Assembly (NCBI GenBank): GCA_964016885.1
Contig: OZ024740.1
Span: 27,094,001 to 27,158,000, forward strand
Direction of reading: 5' to 3'
Length of the DNA stretch: 64,000 bases
Source of the DNA: Eledone cirrhosa
Taxonomy: Eukaryota
The notes under the pieces were generated by a model. It was given only the letters and a program-made list of their open reading frames with translations. It was not told the origin of the DNA and did no database searches. Position 1 is the first letter of the stretch, and every line of letters begins with the position of its first letter. This document shows, piece by piece, positions 10,084-23,283 of the stretch. A program made the position numbers and the translations under genes.

Positions 10084-13000
10084 ATGGCCATATTAAGAGT
10101 AGGAAGTTTAAATGTTCGCGGCCTGGGGTCACCCTGGAAGAAGGGTCGCCTTCTCAAAGACCTCCGGTCGCTGGTAATGGCTGTGATTGCCGTCAGCGAG
10201 ACCAGAATTTCCGACACGCGCGCACTAGCCCCCAATTTCGACGACTATCAGATCTTCGCATCTGTTAGCAGGCCGGGAATGGGGGGTGGAGTGGCAGTGC
10301 TGTTGAGGAAAGGACTGGATCTCGAGGTAAGGTCGAACTTCCGGGACCCGAACGGTAAGTTGGTGGTCTTGGATGTGAGCAGTAGCGAAGGTGGTGCCTT
10401 TAGACTGCTGGCCGTCTACGCCCCTACAGGGGCCGGACGACCTGACTTCTTTAGGCGCCTGGAGACCTTTCTGGGTACGTCTCGCCCTTTACTGTTAGCG
10501 GGGGACTGGAATGGCATCTTAGACGCACGCTGGGATTGTGTGGGAGTAGCCGATAGGAGCGGGGTGTGCAAAAGCCTCAAGCACCTACTCAGCCAGTTCC
10601 GACTGTCTGACAGGTATCGACTAGATTTCCCCAATCTGCCAGTATGGACATGGACCAACCGAATGGGATGGGGTCATCTAGATCGTATATAGACAGGATC
10701 TTCATTAGTAAAATAGATAGAAATAGTGTGGGCTGTCCACTTTTTAAAGCGGTCGCCTATTCAGATCACAAATTTGTGATCTGTACGGTCGACCTAAATA
10801 AAACGCGTAGGTTAGGACCGGGTTACTGGAAGCTGAATATGTCATTACTGGAAGCTGAATATGTCATTTCCGGCACGTAGGGCTTACAGGGACTAAGTCA
10901 ACAATTTAGTTAAGCAAAAGTTGACGGGGGATCATCAACAACAGATGGTGGGTGGCTTTCAAACGAGAGATTAGAGTAACTTCGATAGAGTTCAGCAAAG
11001 AACTAGCGTGAAAGAAAAATAGAAAGGAGGGGAGCTGGTAGATAAGTTAGACGAGGCTATTTGTAGTGGCATCACAACTGACGTGCTAGTGGCGAGAATG
11101 GAATTAGACCATTTCTTCAATGCCAAACACGAAGGTTGCATTGTCAGAGCTAAGGCGCGTGCGCTGAGAAACGAGGGAACTAAAGCTGTTCGATGGGCCC
11201 GCGTGGCGGAGGCGTAGCGTGGTAATATAACCACAATTCGGTTTTTGGCGGACCGAGACGGACACGAGATAAGTGATTCCAAGCGGATGTGTGAGGCCTT
11301 TCGCCAGCACTTTGCTCGGTTGTTCAGGGAGAGTGGCGAGTCAGAGAGAGTAGCGGATTTCAGTCCCTACCTTGACGGCTTGCCGCGCATCTCGACGGTC
11401 GACGCTGAGCGCTGCGAAAGGCCGATTACTTCAGCCGAAATTCAGGACGCCCTTGTCGGCTGCATGAGGCGCAAGTCACCCGGTTTGGATGGTCTACCCT
11501 ACGAGCTTTACGTAAATATGCCAGACTTGTTCTCTGAACTCCTCGAAGCACTCTACTGCAACTGGCAGCAGAATGGGAGTATTCCCAGTTCTGTGAGCAG
11601 GGGAGTAGTGACGCTGATAAGGAAAGACGAGAACAAGAGGGATACATTAGACAACTTCAGGCCCATAACTCTGCTCAACACAGAGTTTAAGATTTTGGCC
11701 AAGGTGTTAGCAAAGAGATTGGTTCTTGTCGTCGAGGATTTGGTTGGGGAGCCGCAAACTTGCGCAATCCCAGCCAGGTCCATACACGACAATCTCCACC
11801 TCATGCGATACATCATAGATGAGGTAGGGTGTAAACCTGGCTTCGGTGGGGCACTGATCAATTTAGATCAATCGAAATCATTCGATAGGGTCGACCATCG
11901 GTATCTGGAGTTTGTCCTCAAAGCAGCTGGCTTCGGCCCTGTCTTTAGAAGCTGGATCGTTGCAATGCACAGCGACACATGCTCGGTGGTCAAGGTTAAT
12001 GGCCACCTCTCGGAACCATTTCGGCTCTCCCGATCGGTCCGTCAAGTGTGCCCTCTCTCTTCCCTTCTGTACGTATTGACTCTCGATCCTTTACTGCGGA
12101 AGCTGGAGCTGTTGCAGGGCATCCCGTCGAACCGGCACGTGGAAAGGCGGTGTCGGCTTATGCGGACGACATCACCGTGATGGTGTCGAACACCTCAGAA
12201 ATCGAGCTGGTCGGCACCTTATTGAAGGAATATGAAATGTTGACAGGAGCCAAACTTAACCCGGTAAAGTTGGTGGGCTTGCAGCTCGGAACCTGGAGAG
12301 GCAAGCCCATGCCGTCCAACAGCGTCGTGGGACGCTGGACGGACGGACCGGTAAAGTTGCTCGGGGTTTGGTTCGGACCAGACCTCCAGGTGGAAAAGAA
12401 TTGGGACGAGGAAACGAGCAGAGTAGCCAGTCTCACCCAAAAATGGGCTGGGAGGAAGCTATCACTGAAAGGTCGCGCGGAGGTGGCGAATGCGTACATC
12501 GCGTCCGTCATCTACTACCGCCTGACCGTCGTGCTTTGCCCCCGTCCGCGCCTCGTCAAGCTGGAACGGCTCCTCTTTAAATTCTTGTGGAGGGGACAAG
12601 TTCCGTTGGTGAGGTGGTCCATCTGCTGCCAGCACCCTCTACGCGGAGGGCTGGGCATGCCGTGGCTAATGATGCGCAGACATGCGTTGAGGCTGCGACA
12701 TCTTCAGATATTCTCCCTCAACGGTGAACAGGTGTGGTCGCCGTTTATCAGACGGGCCTTTCCGCAGCTCATTTCTTTGACTGAGCTGCAGTCCTGGGTC
12801 AAGAAGAGACCGAGACTGAGTGACTGGCACCTGGAATCTTGCCAGGCACTCACTGCCCTCTACCAAGCGGGCAATGCGATCAGTGGAACTTCCACTCTCG
12901 AGTTCTATAGAGGATTAGTGGTGGGCAAGTGCGATGACGCATTCGGAGAAGCTTTGGGCCTCGACGAAGTCAGACACTTTTCTCTTCGGCCAATCCCTCA

Positions 13001-13145
13001 TCAACTTCTTCAAGTTTCACCTGGAAAGGAAGGTGAGGGTGGAGAGAGAAGTGCTGCCCCCCCCCCCAGTACATTTGCTAAAAGGTGGGTGAATGTGGCG
13101 AGAATGGCTCGTGTGAATGGGCCTACTCTGACCATGCGCCTATAG
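10084..13145 (+). pseudogene. ORF2 (APE-RT) of A1, frameshifted, C-terminal zinc knuckle deleted
   Basis: ORFs 10084-10692, 10644-10880, 11245-12180 and 12048-13145. Deletion at ~12970 relative to A2. Confidence 0.9.
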
Positions 13146-13436
13146 GCTATCTAACTTGAGAAGAGGGGTGCTCTCCCTGGATGCCCTAGAAGCGCAGGGT
13201 GGTTCAGGAATGGTGGGGTACCTGAAGCACCCCAGCGTCGTACACCCCCTATCGGGGAATTTATTTTGTTATATTTATGCATAGTTTATTTTATATTTTT
13301 ATATTTTCATTGTTAAATTAGTCTTGCCATTGTGCACTTTTACTCCACCTTATTGTAAACCCCCACTGTCCCTGTCTTTGTATTGTCCCCTACATGTCGG
13401 CCCTGGTGGCTAATAAATGAAATCATTATTATTATT

Positions 13437-16400
13437 CTCTACTGAATGTGAAGGCAAAACTAAAAAGCTACCATCACAACCTTCTGCCATAGCAGCAGTA
13501 TCATCTGAAAACGACATCACCACCACCGCCACCACCACCACCACCACAGCAACAACTCAGAGCAATAACGACAAAAACACCGACAGCTTCAATGTAAACA
13601 AGGATGGCGGTGGCAACAGCAAGAATGACAACAACAACAATAAGAGCATCAGAAACACCACATTTGCTGCAGTAGCAGCAGCAAAAACAAAGCGCTTATT
13701 GAATATCGATATTGATATTAGCGATAAAGACGAACAGTTGGCCAAAGCGTGGAGGCTAATTAAACGGGAGAAGTCCTGGGCAAACCTGACCATCCCGGAC
13801 GAAGCAATAGCGGCCATGCAAAGGAGGACGGTGCTCTTTCTATGTTTTTCGGTGCAGGCACGAAAAGTGGAACTTGCGAGCCAAGCAGAGGTAGAGGCTG
13901 CTTTGGAGTACATCGGAAGTAACATAGAGTACAAAGCAAGAGGCAAACAGTTCGGTACCATCTTGTTACTGTTCAAATCCGAGGCCCTCGCTATTAAGCA
14001 CTCGGTGATCCCCTGCAGAACGGAACGCATTTTCATGCATCCGTCCTATATGGGTAAAAGGACAGTGAAGGTACGCATTCCCAGCATCCCACCAGGAATG
14101 AACATATGGTGGCTGCTGGGATGCGTAATCGAGGAGGGGACAGACACCACCCTCCTGGACATCAAAAGGACAGAGAGAGAAGACTGGTCCGGAATGGATT
14201 TGGAGATTCTTCTCCAAATGAAACCGGAGGATATAAATAACATCCCAGATTTTGCCCGCCTGCAGGACGGGACAACAATCCAACTAATGATTGACGGAAG
14301 AAGGCCACGTTGCTTCGTTTGAGGGGAAGCCACGCATCTTCAAGCCTTGTGCCCTCAGCGCAAAAATGCAGGGGGTCGCAAACCTCCTTTGTTGCCAACG
14401 CCAGTGTCAGCACGGAAAGCTGCACCACCACCACCAAAAACAACATCAACAAAAACACGGACACCAACATCAAAAGCAGCCGGATCACCACCAACACCAA
14501 AACCAATCCAAGGAGAAAATGAGGAAAGCTCTCCCACTCCCCCTACCCCCCCCCCCCAACTATATACATAGACAAAAAAAAATAAACGCACACACAGACA
14601 CAGAGACACTCACAGACACAGACCCTTTGTCTTCCAGCAGCGAAGATGAAGGAAAACCCAAAAGTGCAAAAAACAGAGAAAACTCACAAAAAAAAAAGCC
14701 CCAACAAAACACAAAAACACACACAACAAAAAATACAGACACCACTAACGCAGACACTTCCCCAATAACATCAGCACCATCAGCAACATCGACACCACCT
14801 CCACAATCCCCGAAACGCAAACCACCTAAACAAACACAAGTACAAATAAACACACAAATACCTGAAATTGCAGACACCACACCTACAACAAACATAGACA
14901 TACCCGAAACAACACCACCAAAACCATCGCCACCACCTTCACCAAAACGAAAACAAATAAAACCACACCAACAAAATGTTAAAAACTTCGTGCTTGTCAG
15001 AAGGGCCAACGATAAACTGATGGCCCTCTTAGCGCGAAGCGAGGACATTCAAACGAGGGGGAGATTTTTGAAATGAGCACATTTTGCGTGCCAGAAGATT
15101 TGCTTCTGGTCCGAATGTCATTTCCGGCACGAATGTCATTTCCGGCACGTAAGGCTTACAGGGACCGAGTCAATAAGTTAGTTAAGCAAAAGTTGACAGG
15201 GGGGTCATCAACAACAGATGGTGGGGGGCTCTCAAAAGAGAGATTAGAGTAACTTCGATAGAGTTCAGCAAAGAACTAGCGTTAGAGAAAAATAGAAAGG
15301 AGGGGGAGCTGGTAGATAAGTTAGACGAGGCTATTTGTAGTGGCATCGCAACTGACGTGCTAGCGGCGAGAATGACATTAGATCATTTCTTCAATGCCAA
15401 ACACGAAGGTTGCATTGTCAGAGCTAAGGCGCGTGCGCTGAGAAACGAGGGAACTAAAGCTGTTCGATGGGCCCGCGTGGCGGAGGCGCAGCGTGGTAAT
15501 AAAACCACAATTCGGTCTTTGGCGGACCGAGACGGACACGAGATAAGCGATTCCAAGCGGATGTGTGAGGCCTTTCGCCAGCACTTTGCTCGGTTGTTCG
15601 GGGAGAGTGGCGAGTCAGAGAGAGTAGCGGATTTCAGTCCCTACCTTGACGGCTTGCCGCGCATCTCGACGGTCGACGCTGAGCGCTGCGAAAGTCCGAT
15701 TACTTCAGCCGAAATTCAGGACGCCCTTGTCGGCTGCATGAGGCGCAAGTCACCCGGTTTGGATGGCCTGCCCTACGAGCTTTACGTAAATATGCCATAC
15801 TTGTTCTCCGAACTCCTCGAAGCACTCTACTGTAACTGGCAGCAGAATGGGAGTATTCCCAGTTCTGTGAGCAGGGGAGTGGTGACGCTGATAAGGAAAG
15901 ACGAGAACAAGAGGGATACATTAGACAACTTCAGGCCCATAACTCTGCTCAACACAGAGTTTAAGATTTTGGCTAAGGTGTTAGCAAAGAGATTGGTGCT
16001 TGTCGTCGAGGATTTGGTTGGGGAGGCGCAAACTTGCGCAATCCCAGCCAGGTCCATACACGACAATCTCCACCTCATGCGATACATCATAGAGAGGGTA
16101 GGGTGTATAGCTGGCTTCGGTGGGGCACTGATCAATTTAGATCAATCGAAAGCAATCGATAGGGTCGACCATCGGTATCTGGAGTTTGTCCTCAAAGCAG
16201 CTGGCTTCGGCCCTGTCTTTAGAAGCTGGATCGTTGCAATGCACAGCGGCACACGCTCGGTGGTCAAAGTTAATGGCCATCTCGCGGAACCATTTCGGCT
16301 CTCCCGATCGGTCCGTCAAGGGTGCCCTCTCTCTTCTTTTCTGTACGTATTGACTCTCGAGCCTTTACTGCGGAAGCTGGAGCTGTTGCAGGGCATCCCG

Positions 16401-18111
16401 CTCGAACCGGGACGTGGAAAGGCAGTGTCGGATTATGCTGACGACATCACCGTGATGGTGTCGAACACCTCAGAAATCGAGCTGGTCGGCACCTTATTGA
16501 AGGAATATGAAAGGTTGACAGGAGCCAAACTTAACCCGGAAAAGTCGGTGGGCTTGCAGCTCAGAACCTGGAGAGGCAAGCCCATGCCGTCCAACAGCGT
16601 CGTGGGGCGCTGGACGGACGGACCAGTAAAGTTGCTCGGGGTTTGGTTCGGACCAGACCTCCAGGTGGAAAAGAATTGGGACGAGGTAACGAGCAGAGTA
16701 GCCAGTCTCACCCAAAAAATGGGCTGGGAGGAAGCTATCACAGAAAGGTCGCGCGGAGGTGGCGAATGCGTACATCGCGTCCCTCATCTATTACCGCCTA
16801 ACCGTCGTGCCTTGCCCCCGTCCGCGCCTCGTCAAGTTGGATCGGCTCCTCTTCAAATTCTTGTGGAGGGGACAAGTTTCGTTGGTGAGGCGGTCCATCT
16901 GCTGCCAGCACCCTCTACGTGGAGGGCTGGGCAATCCGTGGCTAATGATGCGCAGACATGCGTTGAGGCTGCGACATCTCCAGATATTCTGCCTCAATGG
17001 TGAACAGTGTGGTCGCCTTTTATCAGACGGGCCTTTCCGCAGCTCATTTCTTTGACTGAGCTGCAGTCAAAGCTGGGTCAAGAAGAGACCGAGAGTGGGT
17101 GACTGGCACCTGGAATGTTGCCAGGCACTCACTGCCCTCTACCAAGCGGGCAATGCGATCAGTGGAACTTCCACTCTCGAGTTCTATAGAGGATTAGTGG
17201 TGGGCAAGTGCGATGACGCACTCGGAGAAGCTTTGGGCCTCGACGACGTCGAACTGACCAGTCTGTACCGGAGGACTTTTGAGCCGGGGACGATGGACAA
17301 TTTCCAGAAATCTCTCGCTTGGCAGTGCTACCGGGGGGCACTGCCGGTTCGGGATAAACTCTACAGGCACGAAAGTGCTGTCAGACGGACCTGCCCAAGA
17401 TGCGCACAGAACGACGAAACCGTTCTGCACGCACTTGTGCAATGTCCGTGCATTACTGACTTGTGGAGTTATGTCGAACAGCTACTGTCGCGTCTGGAAC
17501 GAATCCGATTATCGGCCGAGCCCATAGTGAAGATCGAGCCGCCACCTTCCTTAGGTCAGGAAGAGCAGGACATTTTCCTCTGTCTGGTGGCAGTTGCGAA
17601 AGAGATTATATGGTGGACCAGGTTGAAAGGACTAAAGACAGACACTTTTCTCTTCGGCCAATCCCTCATCAACTTCTTCAAGTTTCACCTGGAAAGGAGG
17701 GTGAGGGTGGAGAGAGAAGTGCTTCCCCCCAGTACATTTGCTAAAAGGTGGGTGAATGTGGCGAGAATGGCTCGTGTGAATGGGCCTACTCTGACCATGC
17801 GCCTATAGGCTGGCTAACTTGAGGAGAGGGGTGCTCTCCTGGGTGCCCTAGAAGCGCAGGGTGGTTCAGGATTGGTGGGGTACCCGAATCACCCCAGGGT
17901 CGTCCACCCCCTATTGGGGAATTTATTTTGTTATATTTTGCATAGTTTATTTTATATTTTTATATTTTCATTGTTAAATTAGTCTTGCCATTGTGCTCTT
18001 TTACTCGACCTTATTGTAAACCCCCACTGTCCCTGTCTTTGTATTGTCCCCTACATGTCGGCTCTTGTGGCTAATAAATGAAATCATTATTATTATGATT
18101 ATTATTATTAT
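13437..18111 (+). mobile_element. Tx1-like LINE lineage A, copy A2 (5'-truncated in ORF1, APE domain deleted)
   Basis: Begins right after the A1 (ATT)n tail at sequence matching ~8980. ORF1 relic 13437-15115. RT ORF 15357-17003. CPRC...H...C in 17095-17808. AATAAA at 18073, (ATT)n at 18086-18111. Confidence 0.92.
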
Positions 18112-21100
18112 CCTCCGAGGCACGGGCCTTCGCACCGATCTTCGGTGGCTACGATGTATACGCATCTCCCAGCCGTCCGGTATCGGGGGAAGGGGTTGCC
18201 GTCTTTTTTCGGAGAGACTTGGATCTCGCGATACGGGCCATCTTCCTGGACCCAGAAGGTAAGTCGGTGGTGCTGGACGTGACCGGCAGCGAAGGCAATG
18301 CTTTCAGGCTAGTAGCCGTCTACGCCACAGCAGGGGCAGGACGGCCAGATTTCTTCAGACGTCTAGAGACCTTTCTTGGAACGTCCCGCTCTTTAGTGTT
18401 AGTGGGCGACTGGAACGGTATCTTTGATGCACGCTGGGATCGTGTGGGGCTAGTGGATAGGGGAGGAGGGTGCAAGAGCCTCACCAACCTGCTCAGACGT
18501 TTTGAACTGTCTGACAGGTATCGACTGGATCACCCGAATGTGCCAATGTGACATGGACAAACCGCATCGGGTCATCCAGATCGTATCTAGATAGGGTATT
18601 CTGCAGGGAACTAGATAAGGCTAGTATAAGTTGTCCACAATTTAAAATAGTCGACTACACAGACCACAAATGGGTGATCTGTGAGATCGACATAGACAGA
18701 CTCATAGACAAGGGCCTGGTTATTGGAAGCTGAACGCGTCTTTCCCGGCGCGCAAAGCCTACAGAGACCGGATTAGCGTATTAGTTAAGCGGGCGTTGAC
18801 GGGGGCCATCATTAGCAACAGGTGGTGGTTCGCCCTGAAAAGGGCAATTAAAGTAGAGTCGATTAGGTTTAGCAAAGGAGTAGTGATAGAGGAAAATAGA
18901 GTAGAGGGAGAGCTAGTCAGAAAGCTAGAAGAGGCGTTTAGGACAGGCATCGCAACCGACGTGCTTGCGGCGAGATTGGCACTCGACCAATTCTTCAACG
19001 CAAAACACGAAGGCTGCGTTGTCAGAGCTAGAGCGCGTGCTCTGAAACACGAGGGGACAAAAGCCGTCCAATGGGCCCGGGTGGCAGAGGCGCGACGTGT
19101 CAATAAAGCCACAATTCGGTCTTTGTCTGACTAAAACGGGTGCCTGATGCTCGAACCCGAGCGGATGTGTGAAGCTTTTCAGCAGCACTTTGCTGAACTG
19201 TTCGGGAGCGGCGGCGGCCCGGATCGGGACATGGACTTCAGTGCATACCTCGACCGACTGCCTCGGCTCTCGTGGACCGCAGCACAGTGTTGCGAAAAGC
19301 CAATAACAGCCGGTGAAATACGGGAAGCGATGGCTAACTGCACAAGAGGTAAATCGCCAGGTTTAGATGGTCTGCCCTACGTGCTTTACGCATTTGTGCC
19401 AGACTTGTTTGGTGACCTCTTGGCAGACGTCTACTGCAACTGGCAGCAGAACGGGAGCATTCCCAGTTTTGTGAGCCGGGGATCAGTGTGGCTGCTGAGA
19501 AAAGACCCGAACAAGGGGGATGTTATTGATAATTTCAGGCCCATAACTCTGCTAAACGCAGAATTCAAGATTTTGGCCAGGGTATTAGCAACGAGGTTGG
19601 CGCTTGTCGTCAAGGGTCTGGTGGGAGAGGCGCAGATATGCGCCATTCCGGACAGATCCATACACGACAACCTCCACCTCATGCGATACATCATAGAGAG
19701 GGTGGTTAAGGAACCTGGCAAGGGTGGGGCCCTGATCAACTTGGATCAATCCAAAGCATTCTATAGTTCGACCATCGGTACCTGGCGGCGGTCCTCGAGG
19801 CAGCCGGTTTCGTGCCCGTTTTCAGGCGTTGGATCGCAGCAATGTATAGCGACATCTGCTCAGTTGTGAGGGTGAACGGTCACCTGTCGCAGCCGTTCAG
19901 CATCATGCGCTCAGTCCACCAGGTTTGTCCCCTCTCGTCCCTCTTGTACGTATTGGCTCTCGAGCCGTTACTGCACAAACTGGGGGCAATGAGGGGCGTC
20001 CCTCGCGAACTAGGATGTGGGAAATCCGAGTCGGTTTACGCTGACGACGTCACGGTGGTGGTGTCGAGCACCAGACACGTCCAGATGCTCGGCACTGCTC
20101 TCAAGGAATACGAAACGGTGACAGGAGCAAAGATAAACCAGGAAAAGTCGGTGGGCTTGCAGCTAGGCACCTGGAGAGGCAAGTCCATGCCGTCCGACAG
20201 CGTCGTGGGGCATTGGACGGACGGACGGTTAAATTGCTCGGGGTCTGGACCGGACCTCCAGATGGAGAAAAACGGGAACGAGGTGACGAGCAGGGTGGCC
20301 TCCCTCACCCGGAAATGTGCTGAGAGGAAGCTGTCCCTGAAAGGCCGGGCGGAAGTGGCGAATGCGTACATCGCATCCGTCATCGGCTACCGTCTCACCG
20401 TCGTCCCTTGCTCCAACCTAACTCTCACCAAAATGGAAGGTACGCACTCCTATGGTCAGACGATCCATCTGCTGTCAACACCCGTTGTGTGGAGAACTGG
20501 GCATGCCATGGCTGATGATGCGCAAACATGCGCTGAGGCTGCGATATCTCTGATGCTTCCTTGATGATGAAAGGGTGTGGTCGCCGTTCGCCAGGCACAT
20601 TTTCCCACAGCTCGTCTCCTTGACGGAGCTGCAGTCCTGGGTCAGAAAAAGACCGAGGGATAGCGCTTGGAAACTGGAATGTCTCCAGGCGCTCACTGCC
20701 CTCTTCCAGTTGGGCACCAGTATCGGTGGAACATCCACCTCGGCGTTCTATAGAGGACTAGTGGAGGGGAAGAGCGACGACGTTCTCGGAGAGATATTGG
20801 GCGTCGAAGAAGATCAGCTGCTTGCTCTCTTCCGGAGAACTTTCAGCCCGGGGCCTATGGATAACTTCCAAAAATCCCTGGCCTGGCAGTGCTACCGGGG
20901 AGCGCTGCCGGTTCGAGATAAGCTCTAGAGGCACGGAAGTGCCGTCAGCCGAGCCTGTCCGAGATGCGCGCATAGCGACGAAACCCTTGTGCACGCACAC
21001 GTTCAGTGCTCGAGCATTGCTGACTTGTGGAGCTATGTCGAACAGTTGCTGTCACGTGTGGGATTGATCCGGTTGCCGACTGAGTCCATTGTGCAGATGG

Positions 21101-21660
21101 TCTCGCCGTCTTCCTTTGAGGAGGAAGGGCAGGCCGTTTTCATCTGCCTGGCGGCCATGGCGAAAGAGATTGTGTGGTGGACAAGGTTAAAAGGATTAAA
21201 GACAAACACTTTCCTCTTCGGCGAATCCCTGATTAACTTTTTCAAGTTTCACTTGAAGAGGAAAATCAGGGTGGAGAGGCAAGTGTTGCTTTCTAGCAAG
21301 TTTGTTGAAAGGTGGGTAAATGTAGCAAGAATGGTCCGAGTGAACGGGACCACTCTGAATATAAGTCTGTAGTTTGAGAGATGGAAACATTGAGAGAGGG
21401 CGCTTGCCCTGGTAGTCAGGGTGGCCGTGGTCTTTTGTGTGGTTTTCGCCACGAGTAACCCTCGGAGGTTTCCCCCCCTATTGGGGAATTTTTCATTGTT
21501 TCAATTTTCATTTTATTGTTTATATATATATATGTTTTATGTCTTTTCTTTTCATATATAAATAATAAAAATATTTACACGCACAAAACCCACATCGTAC
21601 CGTCCTGTTCTGTCTGTGATGTTTGTCTTGATGTTAGCCCTTGTGGCCAAAAAAGAAATG

Positions 21661-21704
<44 letters not shown>
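18112..21704 (+). mobile_element. Tx1-like LINE lineage C, 5'-truncated in APE, degenerate ORF2
   Basis: ORF fragments from 18219 to 21372 cover APE, RT (YADD) and the C-terminus. Distinct 3'UTR. (ATT)n tail at 21661-21704. Confidence 0.9.
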
Positions 21705-21705
<1 letters not shown>

Positions 21706-21818
21706 GTCCTGCTTCTTCTTCTTCTACTTCTACTTCTTCTTCTTCTTCTTCTACTTCTTCTTCTTCTTCTTCTTCTCCTCCTCCCCCATCTTCTTCTGCC
21801 TCTTCTTCTTCTTCTTCT
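21661..21818 (+). repeat. (ATT)n followed by an imperfect (TTC)n tract between two LINE copies
   Basis: Seen directly. Confidence 0.95.
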
Positions 21819-22923
21819 TGGGCATGCCGTGGCTGATGATGCGCAGACACGCGCTCAGGCTACGACATCTCCACCTCTTCCCCGACGGTGATCAGGTGTG
21901 GTCGCCGTTTGCTAGACCCGTCTTTCCCCAGCTCGTTTCCTTAACGGAGCTGCAGTCCTGGGTCAAGCGAAGACCGAGAGGGAGCGGTTGGAGACTGGAA
22001 TGTCTTCAGGCACGCACAGCCCTCGACCAATCGGGCAATGTGATCGGTGGAAACTCCACCTCGGCGTTCTATAGAGGATTAGTGGAGGGGAAGAGCGACG
22101 ACGTACTTGCCAATCTCAACTAGCCAATCTCTTCGGAAGAACTTTTGGGCCGGAGCCTATTGACAACTTCCAGAAATCCCTGGCCTGGCGGTGCTACCGA
22201 GGAGCGTTGCCAGTTCGGGATAAACTGTACAGGCATGGAGGTGCCGTCAACCGGGCGTGTCCGTGATGCGCGCAGGGCGACGAAACCGTCCTGCACGCAC
22301 TCGTCCAGTGTCCGAGAATTGCTGACTTGTGGGTTTATGTCGAACACCTGCTTTCGCGTGTAGGACGGATCCAGCTATCAGCTGAATCCATCGTGAGGAT
22401 TACCCCGCCCTCTTCCTTCAGCCGGGAAGGGCAGGCAGTTTGTATCTGTCTGGTGGCCATGGCGACAGAGATAGTATGGTGGACACCTTTGAAAGGGCTG
22501 AAGACGAGCACTTACCTCTTCGGTGATGCCCTGATTGACTTTTTCAAATTTCATTTGAAAAGGAAAATCAGAGTAGAGAGGGAAGTGCTCTCTTCCCACC
22601 ATTTTGTTGAAAGATGGGTGAGAGAAGCAAGAATGGCCCGAGTGAATGGACCTACTCTGAGTATGTGTCTGTAAATTAAAGGTGGAAAACTGGGAGAGGG
22701 CACTTGCCTTGGTGGTCAGGGTCACTGTGGCCTTTTATTGGGCTTTCTCCACAAATGTCCCTCCGAAGTCTCCCCCCAATTGGGGAATTTTTCATTGTTA
22801 TTTTTTTGTTACATCCTCTGTTTATGTTTTTTACACGCAGAAATGCCCATTTGTACCGTCCTGTATTATCCTGCACTGTCCTTAATGTCTACTTTATGTA
22901 AACCCTTGTGGTTAATAAAGAAA

Positions 22924-22980
<57 letters not shown>
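21819..22980 (+). mobile_element. Tx1-like LINE lineage B, short 5'-truncated copy B1
   Basis: Matches 27959-29095 (GMPWLMMRRH to the end, plus 3'UTR). (ATT)n at 22926-22980. Confidence 0.92.
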
Positions 22981-22981
<1 letters not shown>

Positions 22982-23050
22982 AGCTGCATTTATCTTGCTT
23001 TATGTTCATACGAGTTATCACCAAGTCACAACCAGTGACCTCAAGAGACA
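22981..23050 (-). mobile_element. ~70-bp 3'-terminal stub of the R4/Dong-like element (copy D2)
   Basis: Identical by eye to 7845-7914, with (TTA)n on both sides. Confidence 0.88.
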
Positions 23051-23283
23051 TTATTATTATTATTATTATTGAATGCCATGGTTGACGGAGGCTCGGCTCT
23101 GTAAGGTATAGTAATTTTTAACCGTTAAAACAATTGTAAATTGTTTAAAACTTGAACCAAATTGTTGATAAAGACACCCTCCTCCTCGTGAGAGGGGTCT
23201 TTCTGTCCGTTATTTGGCCCTTCGGGGTTAAATAGCCAGTTATTGGGGTTTTGTACCCAAAATTTCATTTTAAACAAAAAAAC

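Larger units (their letters stand above)
8644..13436 (+). mobile_element. Tx1-like LINE lineage A, copy A1 (5' end present, internal deletions and frameshifts)
   Basis: Starts directly after (TTA)n. ORF1 relic from 8870. ORF2 from 10084 with APE (SLNVRG, VYAP, GDWN, SDH) and RT (YADD). AATAAA at 13412, (ATT)n tail at 13425-13436. Confidence 0.92.
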
